Shown here piece after piece: positions 29,297-38,480 of a stretch of DNA of 64,000 nt (position 1 is the first letter of the stretch; each line of letters starts with the position of its first letter). A program made the position numbers and the translations under genes. This DNA is from an uncultured Clostridia bacterium (GTDB taxonomy: Bacteria; Bacillota; Clostridia; TANB77; CAG-508). The notes beneath the pieces were generated by a model that saw only the letters and a program-made list of their open reading frames with translations, made no database searches and was not told where the DNA came from. The DNA lies in NCBI GenBank assembly GCA_944388745.1, contig CALXJZ010000001.1:5976-69975 (forward strand). Reading direction: 5' to 3'.

Positions 29297-29467
29297 CTAA
29301 AATTTTCTTTTTCTTGCTGCTTCTGATTTTTTCTTTCTCTTTACACTAGGTTTTTCATAGTGTTCTCTTTTACGTACTTCCTGAAGTACTCCATTTCTTG
29401 CGCATTGTCTTTTAAATCTTCTTAGTGCGTCTTCTATATTTCCATTATTAACTTTTATTTCTGACAT
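29297..29467 (-). CDS. rpsU: 30S ribosomal protein S21
   Basis: Manual translation [56 protein letters not shown] (56 aa). GGAGGGGAATAAAAA SD. Below the ORF-track size cut-off. Confidence 0.85.
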   Translation of the reverse strand: MSEIKVNNGNIEDALRRFKRQCARNGVLQEVRKREHYEKPSVKRKKKSEAARKRKF

Positions 29468-29565
29468 TTTTTATTCCCCTCCTTCCGGTCCATACGAAAA
29501 GTGTATGTGGGATAACCCTATTTAACGTTATTTATTATATCCTAAAGGCCCATTATTGTCAATAG

Positions 29566-30204
29566 TTAAGAAGTAAATAATGATGCTATCGCATTGAAAA
29601 GTGGATTTTCAAATAACAATTCTCTCATCCAACCATTTGTAAATGGTATATACCATAAAGCTATTCCTATTAATATTACAACTATTATTGTTAATATTAA
29701 TGCTATAATATCCTTTTTAGTTATTTCTTTCATTTCTTCTCTTTTAGGTTTATTTTTATATAGTTCCTTACATAATTCAATTATTCCAGGAAATGAACCC
29801 ACTTTATGTTTTTTCATTCGTTCATTAAATTCATACACTTCTTTTTTACTGTTTCGTTGTGATTCATGAATTTTGTTTTCTTTCATATTACTTGTAGCAT
29901 TATTCATATTTCGTTTTATATTCCCATTTAAAATAGTATCATTATTTTGCTTTTGATTATATTTTTTATATAATTCTGCCTGTTCTTGTTTTTCTAATTC
30001 AGCATCATATTGCTCTTTCATAAATTCATCTGTTAAAACACTATATGCCTCATTTATTTCTTTTATTTTTTCTTCGGCATAATTCTTTTTTTGATCTGAA
30101 TATAAGTCTGGATGATATTTTTTTACCAATACTTTATATGCTTTTTCTATTACTTCTTTCGAGGCTTTTTTATTAACCTCTAATATTTCATAGTAATTTT
30201 TCAT
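29566..30204 (-). CDS. J-domain (DnaJ-like) protein with C-terminal transmembrane segment
   Basis: N-terminal DYYEILEVNKKASKEVIEKAYKVLVKKYHPD (HPD motif) and a C-terminal hydrophobic helix. Confidence 0.7.
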   Translation of the reverse strand: MKNYYEILEVNKKASKEVIEKAYKVLVKKYHPDLYSDQKKNYAEEKIKEINEAYSVLTDEFMKEQYDAELEKQEQAELYKKYNQKQNNDTILNGNIKRNMNNATSNMKENKIHESQRNSKKEVYEFNERMKKHKVGSFPGIIELCKELYKNKPKREEMKEITKKDIIALILTIIVVILIGIALWYIPFTNGWMRELLFENPLFNAIASLFTS

Positions 30205-30263
30205 TGCTATTCCCTACTTTTCTTTTTTTCTTTAGTGTTTTCATTTTATCTCAAAAAAAAGAA

Positions 30264-30282
30264 AATAGCAATACATTTTTGC
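30264..30282 (-). terminator. terminator after the cohesin-domain gene
   Basis: Minus-strand TAGCAAAAATGTATTGCTA followed by TTTTCTTTTTTTTG. Confidence 0.5.
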
Positions 30283-30308
30283 TACTTTCTTTAGTCTAAA
30301 CTTGTTTT

Positions 30309-31118
30309 CTATACTGCTCGCCTATATTTAATATAAAATATTATCGCAGATATAATAGAAATAACGACCGCTATTGCAATTATACTTGTAAATCCTGCAT
30401 ATGGTAATGTTTTATTTGCTGTTGTACTTTGATCTACATTTGAACCATTAACTCTTGTATTATTTCTTATTGATGTATTATCACTAGAACCATTTCCACC
30501 TGTTGTACTGTTATTTTCAACTGTATTACTTCCTCCTGCTGTATTATTATTTCCTGATGTATTATTTCCTCCTGTTGTATTATTATTTCCTGATGTATTA
30601 TTTCCTCCTGTTGTGTTATTATCATTATTATTTTCTTCTTCTATGTTAATTGTAGATAATATTCCTGTTCCATCTATAGTTGTATACCCTGATGAACCTT
30701 GTATACTATCTAAAGAAATTGTAGTATTCCCGATTTCAGCATCATCTTTCACTTTAAAATTGATTGTAGCTGTATTAGTCCTTTCTTGTACAACTTCTCC
30801 TGTACTAGTATTAGCTACCATATTCCCCTCATTTTCAAACACTTCCCAACCTGAAGCCGCTGTTACATTAACAAATTCTAATACATTTTGATCATAAATA
30901 ATTTTTGTTTGATATGCACCTATTCCTTGATCTCCACTAGTTACATTAATATTATCAATTATAATATCTACTGAAAATGTGTCTCCTGGATTTAATGTTA
31001 TAGTTGAAGCTTCTAATTGTAACTCAAAGCTTTCTCCTTCTGCAAATGAATTTGTTGAAAATAAAGTTAATATCATGCATAAAATACTTAATATCGCTAA
31101 TAATTTTGTTCGTTTCAT
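30309..31118 (-). CDS. cell-wall-anchored single-cohesin-domain protein (anchoring-scaffoldin-like), N/T/G-rich linker, LPxxG-type sorting signal
   Basis: Signal peptide. About 140 aa with the cohesin-like pattern (NPGDTFSVDIIIDNI...GIGAYQTKIIYDQNVLEFVNV...ATINFKVKDDAEIGNTTISL). Low-complexity NNTTGGNNTSG linker. C-terminal LPYAG, hydrophobic helix, then KYRRAV. Supported by two adjacent dockerin-bearing genes. Confidence 0.55.
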   Translation of the reverse strand: MKRTKLLAILSILCMILTLFSTNSFAEGESFELQLEASTITLNPGDTFSVDIIIDNINVTSGDQGIGAYQTKIIYDQNVLEFVNVTAASGWEVFENEGNMVANTSTGEVVQERTNTATINFKVKDDAEIGNTTISLDSIQGSSGYTTIDGTGILSTINIEEENNNDNNTTGGNNTSGNNNTTGGNNTSGNNNTAGGSNTVENNSTTGGNGSSDNTSIRNNTRVNGSNVDQSTTANKTLPYAGFTSIIAIAVVISIISAIIFYIKYRRAV

Positions 31119-31282
31119 TTGTATTCCCCCATCATTAAAATCTTACAATTATATTTTGACATATTTTTTAATTATTTTCAAGTGTTTTTCTTATTATTTT
31201 ATTATACCAATACTTAAAAATATTAATCTCCTTACAGTTAATTGAATTTGCAGATTTTATTACAGTTATGTTACAATTTTCT

Positions 31283-34200
31283 TTACATATCTTCTACTAT
31301 AATTCTTTTTAGCATCAACATGTCTGTTACATCTACATTTCCATCTTCATTCATATCTGCTAATAATAAAGCTCGTCCTGTTAGTATCCATTCTGTTCTA
31401 CTTCCTGCAACTAAATGTCTCTTTAACATTAGTAAATCTGTTACATCTATCCTTCCATCTTGGTTTACATCTCCAATTTCTATTTTTTCTATGTTTATTA
31501 TTTCTACAATTGCCTGTATCTCATTTCCTGCTAAATCTTTTATTGTTATTGTTTCATTTGTGTTTTCACTATATTTTTTTGTTAGTATTTTTTTATTTTC
31601 TGATAGTATCCATCCTTCTACTTCTTGTATTTCTTCATTTGATGTTATTGTTACTATTACAGGATCTTCTGTTATTTCTTTTGTACTATACTCTATATTT
31701 ATTATTGGTGCTGTATTGTCAAAGTTAAATGCTTCACTTTTTGTTATTGTTTCATTTTCTAAATTATCTTCTGCATATATCCACAAATACCATTTTCCAT
31801 CTCCTGTACTTTTTGTGATTGTTTGTCCATTTTCAAAACTTTCTGTAAAACTTTCTTTTGTAGGCTCTGTCTCACTTTGTGTCCATTGGTATTTTAAACT
31901 TATATCTTTTACACCAACCTCTTCTTGGTTATCTGCTACACCTACTTTTACACTATATCCCTTTTGTGGATTTTCACTTCCATTAGGTTCAAATGTTATC
32001 TCTGGTCCTTCATTATCAATTATATATCTTTGTCCATTTTCTTCTGCGTATTTATGCCCTTCTGTATCTGACTTTGTATATATAATTAAATTATCGCAAT
32101 GTTCAAAAGCCTCACTTTCTATAGTTCCTACGTTTTCTGGAATAACTATGCTTTTTAAATCACTACAATCATAAAACGCTTGACTTCCTATCTTTGTTAC
32201 ACTAAGGGGAAGTATTATGTTTTTTAAACTGATACATCTTGAAAAAGCCATCGTCTCTATAGTAGTTACTCCTTCTGGTATTATTATACTTTCCAAATTA
32301 CTACATTCATCAAAAGTTGCATATTCTAATGTAGTTACACTATCTGGTATAATTACTTTTACCAAATTAGTACATTGATAAAATGCTCTTTCTTTTATAG
32401 AAATAACTCCTTCTGGAATACTATATTCACTTATATCTTCCTTTCCTTCTGGAAATTTTATTAACTCTGTTTTTTCTTTATTAAATAAGATTCCATTTTC
32501 ACTTATGTAATTATTATTATATGAATTCACATTAATACTTTGTAGATTGCTACATCCATAAAATACATCATCACCTATGCTTGTTACTCCTCGTGGAATT
32601 TCTATATTTGTTAAATTACTACATCTTGCAAATGCATTATTTCCTATAACAGTCACTGTATCTGGAATTACTATATTATTCAAATTTATACAATAATTAA
32701 AAGTATATGATTCTATGGTCTTTATATTATTAGATAAAACTACATTTTCTAAATTAATACAGTTAGAAAATGCTTCACTATCAATAACAGTTACACTATT
32801 TGGAATATTTATACTTTTTAAACTAGTACAGTAGGCAAATGCTCTAAAACCTATACTTGTTATACTTTCTGGAATATTTATATTTTTCAAATTAGTACAA
32901 TTATAAAACATACAATTACCTATAGTTGTTATTTTATTGTCTACAACTACATTTTCTATAAAAGTAGTATATTGATTATTGTGCCAGTCACTTTGTTCAT
33001 TATATTCCCAGTTTTTTATTTCTCCTTCTCCTGTTATTGTCAATGTTTTATCTTCTAAAGTCCATTTAGCAATTACACTTTCATCTTGATTTACTGATAT
33101 GTCCCAAGATTTTTCTTCTTCAATTTGATATTCTGTAGAAGTTTCATACGCTATTCCATTTAAAATATATGGTACTTTATGTTCTTCTGCATATTTATGC
33201 CCTATACTATCTGCTTCAACATATAATATTAATTGATTACATCCAGAAAATGCACTTTCCCCTATACTCGTTACACTAGTAGGAATATTTATATTTACTA
33301 AACTAGCACAGTTTGAGAAAGCTTGATTCTCTATACTTATTACTCCTTCTGAAATATTTACACTTCTTAAATTACTACAATTATAAAAAGTAGAATATTT
33401 TATATCTGTTACATTTTCTGGTATATTTATACTTTCTAAACTACTACAACCATAAAAGGCTAGCTCACCTATACTTGATACATTTTGAGGTATTTCTATA
33501 TTTTTTAGAATAGTACATCTTCGAAATGCATTTTCGCCTATACTTTCCATACTGTCTGGTAATCTTATACTTTCCAAAGTGTTACAATTTGCAAATGCAT
33601 AACTTTGTATTCTTTTTATACCTCCTGCAAAGTATATGTTTTGCAAATTATTACAATTATAAAAAGTATAATCTCTTATAGTTGTCACCTTGTCTGGAAT
33701 AGTTATGTTTTCTAAATTAGTACATCCATAAAATGAATAAGATTCTATGTTTTCAACACTGTTAGGTATAATAATACTTTCTAGGCTTGTATTACCATAA
33801 AAAGCATAATAATAAATAGTTGTTACAGTATCTGGTATTTCATATTCTCTTAAATCTTTCTTTCCTCCCGGAAAACAAATAAGTTCATCTTTTTCTTTAT
33901 TAAATAATACTCCATTTTCATCAATAAATTGATTATTATTTTCATTGACATTTATTTTCTCTAGATTAGTACAACCGGCAAAAGCTCCGTAACCTATACT
34001 TATCACATTAATCGGAATATCTATACTTGTTAAATTACTACATCCTGAAAATGCATAGTATGATATACTTGTTAAACTTTCTGGAATTTCTATACTCGTT
34101 AAATTATTACATCCTGAAAATGCATTCTCTCCTACTCTTGTTACTCCTTCCGGAATTTTTATTTTATCTAAACTACTACATTTTGAAAACGCACTATTTT

Positions 34201-34636
34201 TTATATTTATTACTCCAACTGGAATATTTATACTCTCTATACTACTACAATTTGAAAATGCATAACTTCCTATATTGGTTATACCTTCTTCTATACTTAC
34301 ACTTTCTATAATATTAGTATATTGTGTATTATGCCAATCTTCTTCTACATCATATTTCCAATCTTTCATTTCGCCTGTTCCAGATACTGTTAATTTCTTA
34401 TCTTCTAAAGTCCATTTGGCAATCACACTTCCATCTCCATTTGCAGATATATCCCATGTTTCTTCTCCTTTTATTTCATTATTTTTTGATATCACTTCTG
34501 TTGTATCTGTGCTTTCTGTTGGTGTATCTGCCGCAAATGACTCTTTTTGAAATAGAGGTGTTATTGGCATTCCTAATTGAAATATCATTGTTAATATTGC
34601 AATTATTGATATAGTTTTTCCTATTCCCTTTTTCAT
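31283..34636 (-). CDS. secreted BspA-type leucine-rich-repeat protein with C-terminal Ig-like and type-I dockerin module
   Basis: More than 25 repeats of ..SV.SIG..AF.GC..L.SI.IP... (BspA/Treponema-type LRR). C-terminal duplicated Ca-binding dockerin loops DVNQDGRIDVTDLLMLKRHL and DMNEDGNVDVTDMLMLKRII. Confidence 0.8.
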   Translation of the reverse strand: MKKGIGKTISIIAILTMIFQLGMPITPLFQKESFAADTPTESTDTTEVISKNNEIKGEETWDISANGDGSVIAKWTLEDKKLTVSGTGEMKDWKYDVEEDWHNTQYTNIIESVSIEEGITNIGSYAFSNCSSIESINIPVGVINIKNSAFSKCSSLDKIKIPEGVTRVGENAFSGCNNLTSIEIPESLTSISYYAFSGCSNLTSIDIPINVISIGYGAFAGCTNLEKINVNENNNQFIDENGVLFNKEKDELICFPGGKKDLREYEIPDTVTTIYYYAFYGNTSLESIIIPNSVENIESYSFYGCTNLENITIPDKVTTIRDYTFYNCNNLQNIYFAGGIKRIQSYAFANCNTLESIRLPDSMESIGENAFRRCTILKNIEIPQNVSSIGELAFYGCSSLESINIPENVTDIKYSTFYNCSNLRSVNISEGVISIENQAFSNCASLVNINIPTSVTSIGESAFSGCNQLILYVEADSIGHKYAEEHKVPYILNGIAYETSTEYQIEEEKSWDISVNQDESVIAKWTLEDKTLTITGEGEIKNWEYNEQSDWHNNQYTTFIENVVVDNKITTIGNCMFYNCTNLKNINIPESITSIGFRAFAYCTSLKSINIPNSVTVIDSEAFSNCINLENVVLSNNIKTIESYTFNYCINLNNIVIPDTVTVIGNNAFARCSNLTNIEIPRGVTSIGDDVFYGCSNLQSINVNSYNNNYISENGILFNKEKTELIKFPEGKEDISEYSIPEGVISIKERAFYQCTNLVKVIIPDSVTTLEYATFDECSNLESIIIPEGVTTIETMAFSRCISLKNIILPLSVTKIGSQAFYDCSDLKSIVIPENVGTIESEAFEHCDNLIIYTKSDTEGHKYAEENGQRYIIDNEGPEITFEPNGSENPQKGYSVKVGVADNQEEVGVKDISLKYQWTQSETEPTKESFTESFENGQTITKSTGDGKWYLWIYAEDNLENETITKSEAFNFDNTAPIINIEYSTKEITEDPVIVTITSNEEIQEVEGWILSENKKILTKKYSENTNETITIKDLAGNEIQAIVEIINIEKIEIGDVNQDGRIDVTDLLMLKRHLVAGSRTEWILTGRALLLADMNEDGNVDVTDMLMLKRIIVEDM

Positions 34637-34867
34637 GTGTAGTTCCCCTTTCTTTGTTACACTTTCTTTCTCTTAAATCTATTTTACTTTACTTATAATA
34701 TATAAATTTTTTTATACTTTGTAAATATAGCTTTTGCTTGGTAGCGTGAATGTATATTAATTCTACTTACGGCTACTATTCTTTTACTTTTTCTTTTTAA
34801 TTATTAAGTTTTTATTACATTTTTGTTTAATTATTATTTTTTTTTAATCTCTTAACATTATTATCAG

Positions 34868-34894
34868 CAAAAAAATAGACGTACCTCGTACGTC
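34868..34894 (-). terminator. rho-independent terminator after the second dockerin gene
   Basis: Minus-strand GACGTACGAGGTACGTC hairpin followed by TATTTTTTTGC. Confidence 0.65.
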
Positions 34895-34949
34895 CGTAGT
34901 CTGTTTTCTTTTGAAAACATATCATTTATTTTCAATTTTCATATTATTA

Positions 34950-37900
34950 TTACATGTTCTCTACAATTATTCTTTTTAACATCAACATATCTGTTATATC
35001 TACATTTCCGTCTTCATTCATATCTGATGCTAGGAAATAATTTCCTGTTAATATCCAATTCACTTTATTTCCTGCTACTAGATGTCTTTTTAACATTAAG
35101 AAGTCCGTTACATCTTTTTTTCCATCTTGATTGATATCTCCTATTACTATCTCCGGTTCTTCTTCAATATTATTAATCTCAATTATCACTTGCGTTTCAT
35201 TTCCAACTAAATCTTTTATAGTTATAGTCTCTTTTGTATTTGCACTATATTCTTTTGTCAATGTCTTTTTATCACTTGATAATGTCCAACCTTCTACTCC
35301 TTGTATTTCTTCATTTGATGTTATTGTTACTTTTACATTCTTTCTTGTTGGATTTTTTGTACTATAATTAACTGTTAAAATTGGTGATACTTCATCTTTT
35401 TCATTTACCTCTATTGTAAATGTTGAACCTTTTAAAATCCCTTCATTAATTGTAACCATTGCTTTTTTAGCTGTACTAGAATGATGTAAAGTTAATATTA
35501 TTTTAGTTCCATCTTCGTTCAATTTACAATTATATACCTGCAAACCTTCTTCAGAATATGCCTTACTTTCTTTATTTTGGGCTTGCAAAAATATTTTTGG
35601 CAAACTAATTTCTTCTCCTATCTCTCCATTTGAAATCAGTGCTTGATTACTTACATTATATCCACTTATATCTGATATTTCTTCTAGCACACTTACATCT
35701 GAAATACAATTATTCCACGCACCAAATTTCTTCAAATTCTTTAATTCTTTTACTACTTCTATATTATCTATTTTATTTCCTTCTCTTTCCAAACTTCCTT
35801 GTATTAATTTGTCAAAATATACTTCTTCTAAATTTTTCAAACTTGAAAGGTTAGTAATATCCGTCAAATTATTTGTTTGTAAATTTAAATACTTTAAATT
35901 TTCACAATCTAGTATAGGAATCTCTTTTAAATTATTATATTTTAAATCTAATCTTTCTAGTTCTATTAATCCATTTAATGGAGTAATATCTATTATCTTG
36001 TTAAAACTCAAATCTAAATTTGTTAATTTTTTTAAATTATTCAAACTACTAATATCTCTTATATTATTCCAACTTAAATTTAAAATCTCCAATTTTTCTA
36101 AATCCTTCAAACACTCAATATCAGTTATATTATTCCTTTTTAAATTTAATGTTGTTAAACTAGTCAAGTTTTCCAATCCTGTAATATTATTTATTTCTTT
36201 ATCTGATAAATCTAATTCTGTTATATATTCTATATCTTCTTCTAATATATTAATTTCCAAACTATCATCATTATTTTCATAAATAAATATTCCTATTTTA
36301 TCAAGCAAACTATTATAAAAGTTCTTATCTTTTAATGATATTACTATTTCATCTTTTTCATCATTAAAAACTGGATATCCATCATTTTTATTTTCAGAAT
36401 CCAAAACAAATACATCATCACTATTATTTAATAAATTGACAAAATCTTCTGTTTTCATAAAATTACTGTCTTTTGATATTATATTATTTAGAACATTCCC
36501 TGTATATGTTGATTTTAAATAATAACAATTGCTTATCGTTCCAGTGTTAGTATTTATAATATTTACAGTTTTAGCAGTATTAAGTTGACTAATAGTATAA
36601 CAATTTGTAATACTTCCATCATTTTGATATATTAATCCCATTACTTTTGGTGAAATATTTAATCCATCACGTACCTCACTTGAAATTTCTCCTTTTGAAT
36701 AACAATTATATATCTCACCTGAATAATTTAATACCGCTATACCAGCTGAAACAAGATTATATGCTCCTGTCCTACTAACACCATTTGATTTTCCAATAGA
36801 AGTAGTTACACTACCATAATTAGCACATCTATTTACAGTACCACATTGGTTGCTACTTATAATTCCTCCTGCCGAAACAACTCCCTTAATATTTCCAAAA
36901 TTGATACAATCTATAAGATTTCCCCCATTACTTTGGACAATCCCTGCAATTTCTGAAGCAGTATATTCATAATTTTCGGGATCTTCATTTTTATGATGAC
37001 TAATAATTTCTCCATAATTATTACATCTTTTTACAAAAACTTTTTCTTTTTTTCCTCCTGTTGTTGCAACTATTCCTGCAACTCCATCAGCACCTTCTAC
37101 ATTTCCATAATTATGACAATTTACTATGATTGCCATAGAATTTTCTGATACAATTGTGCTTTGCCCACTTATTCCTCCTACATCAGAATTGCCTCTATTT
37201 ATTGTAGATTCTATTTTTCCATAATTTAAACAATCTTTTATTCCACTAGTATTATCTCCACATATTCCTCCTATAAAACGTTTACCTCTTACGTTTCCAT
37301 TATTAATACAATCTATAACTATATTATCATATTGTGTAGTTTTATTACATCCTACGATTCCTCCAACATACTCTCTATTTTCTATCCTAGCTTCATTTAT
37401 ACTCTCTTTTACAATTCCGTTATTTAATCCTACTATTCCTCCCACAAAAGTTAACTCGTCTGTATCTATTATTACATCAGAATTATTATTACACTTAAAA
37501 ATAGTTCCAGAATTTTTACCTACTATTCCTCCTACATAATTATACGATATATAAGCGTTTAAACTAACTGAACCGTTACTAACACTATCTCTCATTTCTC
37601 CACTATTACTTCCTACAATACCACCAATATTTGTCTCAGTCCCATGTATATCAAGCATAGTCTCTACATTTTCTATAATTCCTCTATTTGTTCCTACTAA
37701 TCCTCCTACACCCCAATCGTTAGCTTCATTTCCAATAACTGTTCCAGAAGATATATTTAAATTTTTTATAGTTCCATTGTTATCTGAAAAGAAACCTTTA
37801 CCCAAATTATTGCTATCACTTATATATAAATTACTTATTATATGGTTTCTTCCATCAAATGTACCTTCAAAAGCATAAGAATCATTTCCAATTGGTGTCC

Positions 37901-38153
37901 ATTGATTATTTTCATTACCTTCTAAATCAATATCAGCAGTTAATACAACTGTCTTTTCTTCATAGGTATTTCCATTATTAACATCATTAGCAAATGCAAT
38001 TAATTCTTCCTTGGTTGAAATTTCTAAATCCGCTGTTATTTCATCCGCTGCCAACACTTTTATATTTAACTCTGATATCATTGGTAATATTAATTGAAAT
38101 ATCATTGTTAATATTACAATTATTGATATAGTTTTTCCTATCCCTTTTTTCAT
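34950..38153 (-). CDS. secreted GLUG/beta-helix-repeat plus internalin-type LRR protein with C-terminal Ig-like and type-I dockerin module
   Basis: Signal peptide nearly identical to that of the 31283..34636 gene. Gly-rich parallel beta-helix/GLUG-like repeats (GGIVG.N.G.I..C.N). Listeria-type 22-aa LRRs (LNLSWNNIRDISSLNNLKKLTNLDLSFNKI). Dockerin DINQDGKKDVTDFLMLKRHL and DMNEDGNVDITDMLMLKRII. Confidence 0.75.
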   Translation of the reverse strand: MKKGIGKTISIIVILTMIFQLILPMISELNIKVLAADEITADLEISTKEELIAFANDVNNGNTYEEKTVVLTADIDLEGNENNQWTPIGNDSYAFEGTFDGRNHIISNLYISDSNNLGKGFFSDNNGTIKNLNISSGTVIGNEANDWGVGGLVGTNRGIIENVETMLDIHGTETNIGGIVGSNSGEMRDSVSNGSVSLNAYISYNYVGGIVGKNSGTIFKCNNNSDVIIDTDELTFVGGIVGLNNGIVKESINEARIENREYVGGIVGCNKTTQYDNIVIDCINNGNVRGKRFIGGICGDNTSGIKDCLNYGKIESTINRGNSDVGGISGQSTIVSENSMAIIVNCHNYGNVEGADGVAGIVATTGGKKEKVFVKRCNNYGEIISHHKNEDPENYEYTASEIAGIVQSNGGNLIDCINFGNIKGVVSAGGIISSNQCGTVNRCANYGSVTTSIGKSNGVSRTGAYNLVSAGIAVLNYSGEIYNCYSKGEISSEVRDGLNISPKVMGLIYQNDGSITNCYTISQLNTAKTVNIINTNTGTISNCYYLKSTYTGNVLNNIISKDSNFMKTEDFVNLLNNSDDVFVLDSENKNDGYPVFNDEKDEIVISLKDKNFYNSLLDKIGIFIYENNDDSLEINILEEDIEYITELDLSDKEINNITGLENLTSLTTLNLKRNNITDIECLKDLEKLEILNLSWNNIRDISSLNNLKKLTNLDLSFNKIIDITPLNGLIELERLDLKYNNLKEIPILDCENLKYLNLQTNNLTDITNLSSLKNLEEVYFDKLIQGSLEREGNKIDNIEVVKELKNLKKFGAWNNCISDVSVLEEISDISGYNVSNQALISNGEIGEEISLPKIFLQAQNKESKAYSEEGLQVYNCKLNEDGTKIILTLHHSSTAKKAMVTINEGILKGSTFTIEVNEKDEVSPILTVNYSTKNPTRKNVKVTITSNEEIQGVEGWTLSSDKKTLTKEYSANTKETITIKDLVGNETQVIIEINNIEEEPEIVIGDINQDGKKDVTDFLMLKRHLVAGNKVNWILTGNYFLASDMNEDGNVDITDMLMLKRIIVENM

Positions 38154-38399
38154 GTATAGCTTTCCTCCCTTTATACTACTTTCCTATAAAATATTTTTTT
38201 CTTACTTATACTATATAAAGTTTCTCACACTTTGTAAATATGCTTTTTTTCTAGCATTATGAATATATGATATTATAACTTACGGATACTATCTTTTTGC
38301 TTTCTTTTTAATTTTTTTAAATTTTTATTACAATTTTATTTCACTACAATTATTTATACTATTATTTTAAATAAAACTCCGTATTTTAACCTATTCATC

Positions 38400-38428
38400 T
38401 TGAAACTCCAACATTTTTGTTATATAAT
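38400..38428 (+). promoter_or_regulatory. sigma-A promoter for leuS (TTGAAA, 17 nt, TATAAT)
   Basis: cTTGAAActccaacatttttgtTATATAAT, about 50 nt upstream of the leuS SD/ATG. No T-box leader recognised. Confidence 0.55.
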
Positions 38429-38480
38429 ACAATTCATATAATAAAAATTTGAAAATAAAAAATATGAAAGGGGCTTTAAT

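Noticed and set aside
38154-38480. T-box leader upstream of leuS
   Set aside because: The conserved T-box sequence (AATTAGGGTGGTACCGCG-like) and specifier/antiterminator structure are not found. Only a sigma-A promoter about 50 nt upstream of the SD.
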